Source of the DNA: Chrysemys picta bellii
Lineage: Eukaryota
DNA length: 64,000 bases
Assembly (NCBI RefSeq): GCF_011386835.1
Contig: NC_088807.1
Location: 24,614,001 to 24,678,000, forward strand
Direction: 5' to 3'
The notes beneath the pieces are model-generated. The model was not told the DNA's origin. It did no database searches and saw only the letters and a list, made by a program, of their open reading frames with translations. Shown piece by piece: positions 1 to 12,009 of this stretch; positions within the stretch are counted from its first letter, which is position 1; every line of letters begins with the position of its first letter. The position numbers and the translations under genes are program-made.

Positions 1-459
1 CTTCCCAGGGCTGCAGAGGCCGAGAAAGCCGAAAGCCCACCGGGCAATCGCGGAAATGCAGCTGCCTCTGGGGTGGAGCGAGCTACTTGTCCTGCTCTCC
101 GCAGTACTGCGCCCCCTAGCGCCCAGCCCTGACTGCCAGGGGAGAGTGCCCCTGCCAAGCACCCCCTCCCAGCAGCCCGGTGCCCCCTAGTGCGGCGTTG
201 CGGGGTTCGGGCAGCAGTGACTGTACGGCAGTAGTAGTAGTAGGTTGTTACCCCTGTGCTGGGCAGGGCTCAGCAGAATTCCCAGAATTCCACTGCAGGT
301 CCCGCCCTCCACCCCCCCACGGCGACCCACTCATCCAATCAGAAGGCACAAGTCACAGCATGTGGCTTGCTGGAGGGGGTGTCACAGGGAGCCAATTAGG
401 GAGAGGGAGGGGGAGGGCGGGGAAAGGCTGGGGGTTGGTGCTATGAAGGGACACCCCAC

Positions 460-870
460 AGTAACACCCTGCAACAACACATGCCATGACCACACCCCAC
501 TGCAACAACACCCACCCAAACTGGAACAACACCCCACAGTAACACCCATGCAGCAATAACTCCCAGTGCAACAACATACAGAGCCTGCAACAACACCCAC
601 TGCAACAACACAACACCACACACCGCAACAACACCACACACTAACACCCAATGCTGCAACAACATCCACTGTAACAACACACCCACCCACACTGCAACAA
701 CACTCACCGCAACAGCATATACAGAGCCTGCAACAACACCCTGAGTTCTCAACAACACCCACTGCAACAACATCCCCACAACAATACACTGCAACAACCA
801 CCTCTGCAACAACACTTACACAGCTCACAACACACAATGCAAAACCACACACACATTGCACCCCCTGCAA
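460..870. repeat. CAA/CAC-rich degenerate minisatellite
   Basis: Recurrent CTGCAACAACACCC-type units of about 20-40 bp; the ORFs here are low-complexity by-products. Confidence 0.8.
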
Positions 871-1245
871 AAACACAATATGTGGCAAGTGATGGGTGGG
901 GGGGAGCCAGCGGGGTCTCGGGGCGCAGGGCGAGCAGAGCAGGCCGGGGCCCTTCTGAGCATGGCGCCATTGTACCCCGGGACAGCTAACACTGAGCTCT
1001 CCTGGGGATCGACGGGGCCTATCTTAGCGCTCTGTTCCCCGAGCCGAGCCGGCCAAAGTCCTTCCAGAACGGGATCGTCCACAGGGGGCAACGACCCCCC
1101 CACCCTAAAACAATTGTTTGAGATTGGGGGGGGGAGGAATAAACACTAGGGTGCGTTTTTATTAGATTCTTGGCCCAGACGCTATAAAACGTCCCCACAC
1201 TTACGTCAGGTTGGAAGTGATCTCCAGAGGCGACCGCAGAGACGT

Positions 1246-1775
1246 ACCTGGGACCCCACATGTCCGTTCCCATCCTGGGACCCCACAATGTACCTGGGAC
1301 CCCACAACGTTCCCATCCTAGGACCCCACAACGTACCTGGGACCCCACAATGTTCCCATCCTGGGACCCACACGTCCGTTCCCATCCTGGGACCCCACAA
1401 CGTACCTGGGACCCCACAATGTTCCCATCCTGGGACCCCACAACGTACCTGGGACCCCACACGTCCGTTCCCATCCTGGGACCTCACAATGTTCCTGGGA
1501 CCCCACAACGTTCACATCCTGTGACCCCACAACGTATCTGGGACCCCACATGTCCGTTACCATCCTGGGACCCTACAACGTTCACATCCTGGGACCCCAC
1601 AACATATCTGGGACCCCACACGTCCATTCCCATCCTGGGACCCCACAACATTCCCATCCTGGGACCCCACATGTCCGTTCCCATCCTGGGACCCCACAAC
1701 GTACCTGGGACCTCACACGTCCGTTCCCATCCCGGGACCCCACAATGGTCCCATCCCGGGACCCCACAACGTTCC
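1246..1775. repeat. Tandem repeat built on CTGGGACCCCACA (19-27 bp variant units)
   Basis: More than 20 visible copies of CTGGGACCCCACA followed by ACGTAC, ATGTTCCCATC or CGTCCGTTCCCATC. Confidence 0.9.
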
Positions 1776-2629
1776 CATTCCCATCCTGTTTGCAGCCACC
1801 CACCCCCCAGCTTTGGGGGGAACCCAGTCGGACCAGGGGAAGCCGGGGGAAGGGGCGAGCGAGAGTCTGCACCCATTCGATTGCACTTGGTGGCAAGAGG
1901 GAAAAAACTGAAAAATGGAGAAACGTTTCTTGCAAGGCTAGTTCGGGGGCAGGGGGGACTCAGGAGTTAATCCGGGACGTGCTCAGTCCCTCACAAGGGT
2001 CCCAGCCCGAAGCTGGGTCAAACGCCAGCTCCATCAGCAGGGCCCGAGCACGAGACCCCGGCAAATTGCAGCCACCTCTGGGGTGCAGCGCGGCGGCTGT
2101 TAACGGAAGGGCCAAGGACAGCAGGGGCCCCGCGTGAGATTGAAAGGGGGCTTTCAAAACCACAGTGTCCTCCTGCATCAGCCCCCTGCCCCATGGCGCC
2201 CCCCAGCCTCCGGCCCTGACTGCCAGCGAGAGCGCCCCCCACCCCACAGCGCCCCACAGCACCCGGCCCTAGCTGGGATCCTCAGACCCCCACTTCCAGG
2301 CCCAGGGAACCCAGGCGTCCGGGCAGCTCCGGGAAAAACAAGCCCCGTCACCGATCTCTGCCGCCCCCCGGGGAGTGACGCAGGGCCAACGGGGAGAACC
2401 CAGGCGTCCGGGCTCCCAGACCTCCCCCCAACCACTAGTCCCCCTCCCCTCCCAGAGCCGGGAGAGAACCCAGGAGTCCTGCAGCAGGGGAAGGGTTAAA
2501 CCCGTCCCACACAGGCCCCGCCCATCTGACGTCAGGCCCCATAGGCCACGCCCCTTTGGTACTTTCATTCAAGATGGTGGCTGGTTCCTTGTGACAGGTA
2601 GGAACTTCCTACTCCCCTCCCCCCCCCAG

Positions 2630-3390
2630 CCGGGTACAATGGAATCTCCCTATCCCAAGAGCAGGGGGCTGCAGCCCCCCCCCCAGTGCAATGGAATCTC
2701 CCTCCCCCCATAGCAGGGGGGCAGCGGGGGCTGCAGCGTCCCCCCCCCAGTGCAATGGAATCTCCCTCCCCCCATAGCAGGGGGGCAGCGGGGGCTGCAG
2801 CGCCCCCCCCAGTGCAATGGAATCTCCCTCCCCCCATAGCAGGGGGGCAGAGGGGGCTGCAGCGCCCCCCCCCAGTGCTATGGAATCTCCCTCCCCCCAT
2901 AGCAGGGGGGCAGAGGGGGCTGCAGCGCCCCCCCCCCAGTGCTATGGAATCTCCCTCCCCCCATAGCAGGGGGGCAGAGGGGGCTGCAGCGCCCCCCCCC
3001 CAGTGCAATGGAATCTCCCTCCCCCCATAGCAGGGGGGCAGAGGGGGCTGCAGCGCCCCCCCCCCCAGTGCTATGGAATCTCCCTCCCCCCATAGCAGGG
3101 GGATAGCGGGGACTGCAGCGCCCCTCCCCCAGTGCTATGGAATCTCCCTCCCCCCATAGCAGGGGGACAGCAGTGCCCCCCTCAGTGCAATGGAATCTCC
3201 CTCCCCCCATACAAGGGGGGCAGCAGTGCCCCCCCCAGTGCAATGGAATCTCCCTCCCCCCATAGCAGGGGGGCACCAGGGGCTGCAGGGGCCCGGGGCC
3301 CCCCCCGCGCGCAATGGAATCTCCCTCCCACCATAGTAGGGGGTGAGTGGGGGCTGCAGTGCCCCCCCACGCAATGGAATCTTCCACCCC
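2630..3390. repeat. About 60-bp minisatellite (GCAATGGAATCTCCCTCCCCCCATAGCAGGGGGGCAG...)
   Basis: About 12 head-to-tail copies visible at roughly 60-bp period. Confidence 0.9.
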
Positions 3391-3654
3391 CTGCCCCCCA
3401 TGTTCTATGCAGCTGTTTCCCTAGGTGCCCTGCCCCAGAGCTGGCTGCACCCCAGCGCCAGGCTGTTGCTCTCTGCCCAGCCGCAGGGTGACGCTTTCGC
3501 GCTGGGAGTAGCTGGGGGCTGGTTTTCACCCCACGGCTGCACTGGCCCCAAAGACCCCAGTTTTCAGCAACCTCCCCCCCCCCCCCCCACCCGACAGCCC
3601 ACGCTAGGTGGGTGCTGTCAGCTACAGCCACTGCTGTTCCCTCACTCCCCTCCG

Positions 3655-4150
3655 GAGCCAGGGGGAACCCAGGAGTCCAGGCTCCCAGCCCCCGTGCTCT
3701 AACCACTACATCCCACTCCCCTCCCAGAGCCTGGGGGGAACCCAGGAGTCCTGGCTCCCAACCCCCGTGCTCTAACCACTACATCCCACTCCCCTCCCAG
3801 AGCCTGGGGGGAACCCAGGAGTCCAGGCTCCCAGCCCCCGTGCTCTAACCACTACATCCCACTCCCCTCCCAGAGCCTGGGGGGAACCCAGGAGTCCTGG
3901 CTCCCAACCCCCGTGCTCTAACCACTAGACCCCACTCCCCTCCCAGAGCCTGGGGGGAACCCAGGAGTCCTGGCTCCCAGTCCCCCCGCTCTGACCACTA
4001 GACCCCAATCTCCTTCCAGAGCCAGGGAGAACCCAGCGTCCTGGCTCCCAGTCCCCCCGCTCTGACCACTAGACCCCAATCTCCTTCCAGAGCCAGGGAG
4101 AACCCAGGCGTCCTGGCTTCCAGCCTCCCCCCCCCCCCAGCTCTAACCCC
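3655..4150. repeat. About 60-bp minisatellite of the dispersed GAACCCAGGAGTCCTGGCTCCCAG family
   Basis: Tandem copies here. The same unit recurs at about 2390, 8940 (rev), 13820, 23300 (rev), 30410, 31780 (rev), 48080 and 49160. Confidence 0.9.
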
Positions 4151-4422
4151 CAGACCCCACTCAGAATTGAGGGGTGCTGGCAGAGCAGGGGGTGAGGGGA
4201 GCCTAGGGTTGGGATAGCAGGGGGAAGGTGAAGGTGCGGCAGGGGGCACTGGGCTGCAGGGTGAGTGAGGGGGGGCACCGGGCTGTGAGGTGAGGGTGTG
4301 GGGTGGGGTGCTGGGGGATGAGTGGGGGGGGCACTGTGCTGCGGGGTGAGGGCGGGGGGCGCTGTGTGTCTCACTCTGCTCCCTTCTTCCCAGGCTCTGT
4401 CCCCCCCCCGTTGCCTCCCCCC

Positions 4423-4599
4423 ATGCGGCGCTGCTCGGACTCCTCCTGCCCCGTCACCAATGGCCTGCGCTTGGAGGGCCCGGTGCCCGTGGAGCTGCCC
4501 CGGGGGCCGGCGCCGGACGAGAGCCCCGCAGCTGAGGCGGGCCCAGGCGCCGGCACCGGCACCGTCAAGGTCTATCTACCCAACCAGCAGCGCACCGTG
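4423..4599 (+). CDS. ARAF: A-Raf serine/threonine kinase, first coding exon (start of Ras-binding domain); rest of gene not in window
   Basis: Acceptor ttcccag at 4393, ATG 4423, 59 codons ending GTVKVYLPNQQRTV, then donor GTGAGG at 4600. This matches the RAF-family GTVKVYLPNKQRTV|V exon boundary. The short N-terminus and the UXT/ELK1/CFP neighbourhood point to ARAF. Confidence 0.85.
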
Positions 4600-4702
4600 G
4601 TGAGGGGCCCCTTCGCCGGGGGGGACGGGGCGGGGGACTCCAGGGCAGGGGCTGGGAGCAAGCAGGACCCCAGCCAGCCTCTCGCACAAGCTGACTGGAC
4701 CA

Positions 4703-4970
4703 AATGACCGGAGGGTAGCTAATGTGACGCCAATTTTCAAAAAGGGCTCCAGAGGTGACCCCGGCAACTACAGGCCAGTGAACCTGATTTCAGTACCGGG
4801 CAAACTGGTTGAAACTCTAGTAAAGAACAAAACTGTCAGACACAGAGATGAACATAATTTGTTGGGAAAGAGTCAACATGGTTTTAGTAAAGGGAAATCG
4901 CGCCTCACCAATCTACTAGAATTCTTTGATGGGTCAACAAGCGTGTGGACAAGGGGGATCCAGTGGAGAT
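4703..4970 (+). mobile_element. CR1 LINE ORF2 (reverse transcriptase) fragment, cut by assembly gap
   Basis: Translates ANVTPIFKKGSRGDPGNYRPVNLISVPGKLVE...SQHGFSKGKSRLTNLLEFF and, after a frameshift, DKGDPV; typical CR1 RT N-terminal region. Confidence 0.9.
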
Positions 4971-5470
4971 NNNNNNNNNNNNNNNNNNNNNNNNNNNNNN
5001 NNNNNNNNNNNNNNNNNNNNNNNNNNNNNNNNNNNNNNNNNNNNNNNNNNNNNNNNNNNNNNNNNNNNNNNNNNNNNNNNNNNNNNNNNNNNNNNNNNNN
5101 NNNNNNNNNNNNNNNNNNNNNNNNNNNNNNNNNNNNNNNNNNNNNNNNNNNNNNNNNNNNNNNNNNNNNNNNNNNNNNNNNNNNNNNNNNNNNNNNNNNN
5201 NNNNNNNNNNNNNNNNNNNNNNNNNNNNNNNNNNNNNNNNNNNNNNNNNNNNNNNNNNNNNNNNNNNNNNNNNNNNNNNNNNNNNNNNNNNNNNNNNNNN
5301 NNNNNNNNNNNNNNNNNNNNNNNNNNNNNNNNNNNNNNNNNNNNNNNNNNNNNNNNNNNNNNNNNNNNNNNNNNNNNNNNNNNNNNNNNNNNNNNNNNNN
5401 NNNNNNNNNNNNNNNNNNNNNNNNNNNNNNNNNNNNNNNNNNNNNNNNNNNNNNNNNNNNNNNNNNNNNN
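4971..5470. other. Assembly gap (500 N, placeholder length)
   Basis: Run of N; must hide most of ARAF and UXT exon 1 if the join is correct. Confidence 1.
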
Positions 5471-5630
5471 TGAGGTCCCGCACCGCCGCCTCGGATCCCG
5501 TGTGTCCCCCGCCGGCCCAGCCGGTGCCCCTCGCCCCCGACCCGCCGGCCCAGCCGCCCCCCCTCGCCCCCGCCCCGCCGCCCCCCGCCGGCCCAGCCGG
5601 CGCCCCTCAGCCCGTGTTGTTGTGCGGCAG

Positions 5631-8524
5631 GCGGGTGCAGCAGCAGCGGGAGGAGGTTTACGAGAAGATCACTCAGCACATGTGGCTGAAGACGGTTATT
5701 GAGCGTTTGCAGGTAATGACCCCCCCACCCCCCACCCCCGTCCAGCCGCCTGCCCCTCCGCCCGGCTGGGGTGTTCTTGTGGGGTCTCTGGCCGGGGGGG
5801 CTGCGGGGTCTCTGGGCGAGACCGGGGGGGTGAAGGGGGGGTCTCAGCGGGGGAGCTGCAGGGTCTCTGAGCAGGGCTGGGGGGCTGCGGGGTCTCTGGG
5901 CGGGGGTGGGGGGGCTGCGGGGTCTCTGGGCGGGGGGGCTGCGGGGGTCTCTGGGCGGGGGTGGGGGGGGCTGCGGGGTCTCTGGCCGGGGGGTGACGTG
6001 CCCTCTCTGCCTGGCAGGAGGCGGGCGGCCGAGCGGTGCAGACGCAGGTGGATCTGGGCTATAACTTCTTTGTCAACGCGGACGTGTGAGTGGCAGGGCC
6101 CTCAGGACACCCCCCCAATCTTGATCCTGCCCCCCACCCCTTGCCCCCAGGAACCCCGCCTGCGCCCCTCTGGGTCTCTCTCTCACTCCCTCATCAGATC
6201 CCTCAACACTCTCTGGGCCCCCTCCCCCCAACCTCACCCCCGGGACCCCCTCCTCCTCCTCCTCCGATTCCACCCCACGTGAACCCCTGACACCCCCAGA
6301 TGTCCCCTCAGGGTCCCTCCCCCCCTACCTCCCACCCCAACCTCACCCCCGGGACCCCCTCCTCCTCCGATTCCACCCCACGTGAACCCCTAACACCCCC
6401 AGATGTCCCCTCAGGGTCCCTCCCCCCTACCTCCCACCCCAACCTCACCCCCGGGACCCCCTCCTCCTCCGATTCCACCCCACGTGAACCCCTGACACCC
6501 CCAGATGTCCTCTCAGGGTCCCTCCCCCCTACCTCCCACCCCAACCTCACCCCCGGGACCCCCTCCTCCTCTGATTCCACCCCATGTGAACCCCTGATGT
6601 TCCCTCACCCCAGTTCACCGATTGTGGCCCCTTTGTAACTCCTATATCCCCTGACGCCTGGAGCCCCCTTATGCCCCCCCACTAATTCCACCCCCTGAGC
6701 CTTCCCCCGGGACCCCCCTTCACCCCCCACCTTGATTCTGGCCCCCTTGGAACTCCCCCAGGACCCCACATATTTCCTCACACCCCCTCCCTGGCCCCTG
6801 GGCCCCCTTCGCATCCCCCCACCCTCTAATTCCCACCCCCAGAGCGTCACCCCTACACCCCAGCATCTGATCCTGCTCCCCCAACCCCCGCAGAATCCTC
6901 CTGCCCCCCTCAGGTCCCCTAAACTTCCCCCCAGACCCCACCAGGTGCTCTCTTCAGCTCCCTGCTTTCCCACAGTGCTGCCCCCCAGGCACTCGGTGTG
7001 GCCGGGGCCCCCACCCCCTCCACTGCATGACCCCCCCCAAAATCTCCTCGTCTCGCAGGCCTGACACCTCCAGGATCTTCGTGGCGCTCGGCTACGGGTT
7101 CTTCGCGGAGCTGACGCTGACGGAGGCGCTGCGCTTCGTGGAGAGGAAAACCAAGTTACTGATCGAGTGAGTGGGGGAGACGATCCCCCGCCCCACACCC
7201 TCCCTCCGTGGGGCTGGTCCCCAGCCACCCCTCCCCAGAACCGGACAAGCCATCCTCCGCGGCGTTATATGCAGCTGTTCCCCAGCTTGTCCCCACCCCA
7301 GAGGCAGCTGCATTCTGACACTGGGAGCTAACCAGGGCACGGGCCAGAATTCCTTGGGTCTGTGCGGGACCCAGCAAAATGGTGGCCCCACCTCAGTCAC
7401 GGTCCATGCAGGGTGAAAGGGGACCCCAGAATGTGCAGGGCCCCCCCATCTCCTAACACTGCCCCATCGGGCGTCTCTCTTGCGCAGGCTCAGCGAATCC
7501 CTCACCAAGGACTCCGCCAAAATCAAGGCCAATATCCGGATGGTCTTAGAGGTAATGCGGGGTGGGGTTGCAGGGACTGAGAGGCCAGAAAGGGGCACTC
7601 GCCCCGGGCAGGCAGGGTGGGCACTGGGGGGCACTGTGCCATGGGGAGTGGGACGGGGGGCTTGGCAGGAGGTGCTCTCCCCTGGCAGTCAGGGCTGGGC
7701 GCTGGGAACAGGTTGGGGGGCTGGGCAGGGGGCGCTCTCCCATGGCAGTCAGGGCCGGGCGCTGGGGGACACCATGGGGCAGGAAGGAGGGTGGGGCGCG
7801 CTCTGCCCTGGCAGTCAGGGCCGGGCGCTGGGGGACACCGTGGGGCAGGGAGGAGGGTGAGGGGCTGGGCAGGGGGCGCTCTCCCGTGGCAGTCAGGGCC
7901 GGGCGCTGGGGGCACTGTGGGGCAGGGAGGAGGGTGAGGGGCTGGGCAGGGGGTGCTCTTCCCTGGCAGTCAGGGCCGGGCGCTGGGGGGCACCGTGGGG
8001 CGGGGTGGGCGGGGGGCTGGGCAGGGGGTGCTCTCCCCTGGCAGTCAGGGCCGGGCACTGGGGGGCACCGTGGGGCGGGGTGGGCGGGGGGCTGGGCAGG
8101 GGGTGCTCTCCCCTGGCAGTCAGGGCCAGGCGCTGGGGGGCACCGTGGGGCGGGGTGGGCGGGGGGCGCTCTGCCCTGGCAGTCAGGGCTGGGCGCTGGG
8201 GAGCACCGTGGGGCGGGGTGGGCGGGGGGCTGGGCAGGGGGTGCTCTCCCCTGGCAGTCAGGGCCGGGCGCTGGGGGGTACCGTGGGGCGGGGTGGGCGG
8301 GGGGCGCTCTCCCCTGGCAGTCAGGGCCAGGCGCTGGGGGGCACCGTGGGGCGGGGTGGGCGGGGGGCGCTCTCCCCTGGCAGTCAGGGCTGGGTGATAG
8401 GGGGGTTCTGAGGTTTCCTTCCCCCCCCCAATGCCCCGTTTCTCTCCCCTCCCCCCAGGGCCTGCGGGAGCTCCAAGGCTTCCAGGACCTGCCTGAGGAC
8501 CCCAGAAGAGACGTCGCCCTCTAG
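5631..8524 (+). CDS. UXT: UXT (prefoldin-like protein), 5'-partial; exons 5631-5712, 6018-6085, 7059-7166, 7488-7551, 8459-8524
   Basis: All introns are GT-AG with consistent phases. Spliced peptide [27 protein letters not shown]|[23 protein letters not shown]|[36 protein letters not shown]|[21 protein letters not shown]|[21 protein letters not shown] matches recalled UXT ([34 protein letters not shown]...GLRELQG). Confidence 0.95.
6235..6600. repeat. About 120-bp C-rich tandem repeat (3 copies) in UXT intron
   Basis: CCCCGGGACCCCCTCCTCCTCCGATTCCACCCCACGTGAACCCC unit recurs at about 120-bp spacing. Confidence 0.85.
7620..8395. repeat. G-rich 45-60 bp minisatellite (CTCTCCCCTGGCAGTCAGGGCCGGGCGCTGGGGGG) in last UXT intron
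   Basis: About 13 copies; the reverse complement of the same unit is seen near 120-175, 2200 and 22030-22460. Confidence 0.9.
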
Positions 8525-8726
8525 CCCCCCCCCCCCGGAAATCCCAGGGGGACACTGGGGGAATCCCCACCCCCTCCTGCTGTGTTCACCTGTCCCATGG
8601 GAGCCAGGACTCCTGGGTTCTCTCCCTGGTTCCGCTCCCCCCCAAGCCAGTCCCGCCCCTCGTGCTGCCTCAGTTTCCCCTGCTGTTCCTGGCTGCAGCG
8701 TCCTGTCATCTCATTTCAACTGTGAA

Positions 8727-8732
8727 AATAAA
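8727..8732 (+). terminator. Polyadenylation signal of UXT
   Basis: AATAAA 200 bp after the UXT stop codon, followed by GT-rich sequence (GTGTGGCTGGTGTTGTGT). Confidence 0.75.
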
Positions 8733-9229
8733 GACTCCGACTCGGGGCCGTGTGGCTGGTGTTGTGTCTCCGTCGGCCTGGCCTGGGGGGTGCGGGGACC
8801 CCCCCTGGCCCCCTGCTCTGCCCCTGGGGGACCCCCAGCTGGCCCCCAGAGCGAGGGCAGAATTCGGGGGAGCTCAGTTTTAACCCCGGGCGTGGGGCAA
8901 GGAGCCAGGACGCCTGGGTTCTCTCCCCAGCTCTGGGACGGAAGGGGGGGTCCAGGGAAGGGAGGGGGCTGGGAGCCAGAACTCCTGGGTTCTCTCCCCG
9001 GTACTGGGAGGGGAGTGGGGGCTGGTGGGGGGGGAGGAGGCTGACAGGCAGGACGCCTGGGTTCTCTCCCCGGCCCTGGGAGCGGAGTGGGGGCTGGCAG
9101 GCAGGACGCCTGGGTTCTTTTCCCAGCTCTGGCAAGGGAGTATGGGCGGGGGGAGGGGTTGGGCTCCCCCAGCCCGGGAGAGAACCCAGGCGTCCTGATC
9201 CAGCCCCCGCCCGTCTCCCTTTCCCCTCC

Positions 9230-9478
9230 CCTCCGCTCTCTCCTCCCCCTTCCCTGGTGCATGTGACAGGCCCCGTCAGCAGCCGCCGCATCCCCCGTCT
9301 CGCTGGATCCGAGCCACGGCGCCCCCCCGCCCCCGGCTCCGGACCTGCCGCCCCCCCCCACCGGGGCCGGGGCCCCCACCCGGCCGGCGCCGCGGGACCC
9401 GGGACTTTCCCGGCCGGCGCATGCGGCGGAGCTCGGCCAGCTCGGGGGGCCGCTCGGAGCGGAGCTGAGAACCTGCTG
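9230..9478 (+). promoter_or_regulatory. CpG island, probable ELK1 promoter / first exon start
   Basis: Dense CpG, non-repetitive, lies between the UXT poly(A) signal and the ELK1 coding exons. TSS not determinable from sequence. Confidence 0.55.
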
Positions 9479-10695
9479 GGACCAGTGGCTGGTTGTGCTG
9501 GGACCAGTAACCGGCCAGGGACCAGCCTCTGGGGACCAGTAACCAGCCACTGGGACCAGTAACCGGCCAGAGACCAGCCACTGGGGACCAGTAACCAGCC
9601 ACTGGGGACCAGTAACCGGCCAGAGACCAGCCTCTGGGGACCAGTAACCAGCCACTGGGACCAGTAACCGGCCAGAGACCAGCCACTGGGGACCAGTAAC
9701 CAGCCACTGGGGACCAGTAACCGGCCAGAGACCAGCCTCTGGGGACCAGTAACCAGCCACTGGGACCAGTAACCGGCCAGAGACCAGCCACTGGGACCAG
9801 TAACCGGCCAGAGACCAGCCTCTGGGGACCAGTAACCAGCCACTGGGGACCAGTAACCGGCCAGAGACCAGCCACTGGGGACCAGTAACCGGCCAGAGAC
9901 CAGCCTCTGGGGACCAGTAACCAGCCTCTGGGGACCAGTAACCAGCCACTGGGGACCAGTAACCGGCCAGAGACCAGCCTCTGGGGACCAGTAACCAGCC
10001 ACTGGGACCAGTAACCGGCCAGAGACCAGCCACTGGGGACCAGTAACCAGCCACTGGGGACCAGTAACCGGCCAGAGACCAGCCTCTGGAGACCAGTAAC
10101 CAGCCACTGGGACCAGTAACCGGCCAGAGACCAGCCACTGGGACCAGTAACCGGCCAGAGACCAGCCTCTGGGGACCAGTAACCAGCCACTGGGGACCAG
10201 TAACCGGCCAGAGACCAGCCACTGGGGACCAGTAACCGGCCAGAGACCAGCCTCTGGGGACCAGTAACCAGCCTCTGGGGACCAGTAACCAGCCACTGGG
10301 GACCAGTAACCGGCCAGAGACCAGCCACTGGGGACCAGTAACCAGCCACTGGGGACCAGTAACCGGACAGAGACCAGCCACTGGGGACCAGTAACCAGCC
10401 TCTGGGGACCAGTAACGGACCAGTAACCAGCCACTGGGGACCAGTAACCGGCCAGGGACCAGGCACTGGGACCAGTAACCAGCCACTGGGACCAGCCACG
10501 AGGGACCAGTAACCAGCCACTGGGACCAGTAACCGGCCAGGGATCAGCCACGGGGGACCAGAACCAGCCAGTGGGGACCAGTAACTGGCCAGAGACGAGC
10601 CATTGGGGACCAGTAACCAGCCACTGGGACCAGTAACCGGCCAGGGACCAGCCACTGGGACCAGTAACCAGCCACTGGGGACCAGTAACCGGCCA
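9478..10695. repeat. 1.2-kb VNTR of GGGACCAGTAACC(A/G)GCCA 19-28 bp variant units
   Basis: Dozens of GGACCAGTAACC cores alternating with AGAGACCAGCCTCT or AGCCACT spacers. Confidence 0.95.
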
Positions 10696-10849
10696 GCACG
10701 GACCTGGGGGGCTCGGGGTCCCATGGAGTCTCCGGGCCCCGCGGCCGCGCTGACGGGTGAGTGGGCGGCGCTGGGATGGAGCCACCTCGGGTGGGGAAAA
10801 CCTCACAGAACGTCAAAGGTATCGGGGCGCCCGACTGCTGGGGGGGAGC

Positions 10850-11890
10850 CCCCTGGCCAGCCCATCGCCCCACTCCCTGCCCCACGGCACCCCCTGCGTC
10901 CCCTGGCCGGCCCCTCGCCCCACGGCACCCCCTGCGCCCCCTGGCCAGCCCCTTGCCCCACTCCCTGTCCCATACCACCCCCAGCACCTCCCTGCCCAGC
11001 CCCTTGCCCCATGGCACCCCCAACGCCCCCTGGCCAGCCCCTCGCCCCACTCCCTGCCCTACGCCACCCCCAGAACCTTCTGGCCAGCCCCTTGCCTCAT
11101 GGCACCCCCCTGCCCAGCCCCTCGCCCCAATCCCTGCCCCATGGCACCCCCAGCGTCCCCTGGCCAGCCCCTCGCCCCACTCCCTGTCCCATACCACCCC
11201 CAGCACCCCCTGGTCAGCCCCTTGCCCCACGCCACCCCCAGAACCCTCTGGCCAGCCCCTTGCCCCATGGCACCACCCTGCCCAGCCCCTCGCCCCACTC
11301 CCTGCCCCATGGCACCCCCAGCGTCCCCTGGCCAGCCCTTCGCCCCACGGCACCTCCCTGCCCAGCCCCTTGCCCCATGGCACCCCCAGCGCCCCCTGCC
11401 CAGCCCCTCGCCAAACTCCCTACCCCATGGCACCCCCAGCGTCCCCTGGCCAGCCACTCGCCCCACGGCACCTCCCTGCCCAGCCCCTTGCCCCATGGCA
11501 CCCCCAGCGCTGCCTGGCCAGCCCCTCGCCCCACTCCCTGCCCCACACCACCCCCAGCACCCCCTGGCCAGCCCCTTGCCCCACTCCCTGCCCCACGCCA
11601 CCCCCAGAACCCCCTGGCCAGCCCCTTGCCCCACAGCACCCCCTTGCCCAGCCCCTCGCCCCACTCCCTGCCCCACGGCACCTCCAGTGCCCCCTGCTCA
11701 GCCCCCACCCCACTCCCTGCCCCACGGCACCCCCAGCGCCCCCTCCTCAGCCCTGTGCCCCATGGCACCCCCCAACCCCCTGCCCAGCCCCTCGCCCCAC
11801 TCCCTGCCCCAAGGCACCCCCCAGAGCCCAGCCCTGATAGCCAGGGGAGAGCTCCCTGCCCAGCCCCTCACCCCATTCTGCCCCACAGCA
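10850..11890. repeat. C-rich tandem repeat (CCCCTGGCCAGCCCCT(C/T)GCCCCA...GGCACCCCC)
   Basis: Repeated 20-35 bp modules across about 1 kb. Confidence 0.9.
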
Positions 11891-11965
11891 CCCCCGATCA
11901 CCCCCGCCCCCCCCCCCGCACGGAGCGTTCACGGTTTGATCCAACTGCAGAAAATCTTATTTTAG

Positions 11966-12006
11966 GCCAAATCCTGAAATTTCCTTGTGGGGAGAAGAAG
12001 AATAAG
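11966..12006 (+). other. Candidate small 5'UTR exon of ELK1
   Basis: Unique AT-richer island between two GC repeat arrays, with acceptor ttattttag|G at 11965 (alternative ctgcag| at 11950) and donor AAG|GTGCCC at 12007. Confidence 0.35.
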
Positions 12007-12009
12007 GTG

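Noticed and set aside
4724-6282. ORFs spanning the first N gap (and likewise 46207-47278)
   Set aside because: Artefacts of translating N runs.
8711-10806. Three long minus-strand ORFs (482-696 aa)
   Set aside because: They are translations of the GGACCAGTAACC VNTR, open in all three frames, periodic, with no domain content.
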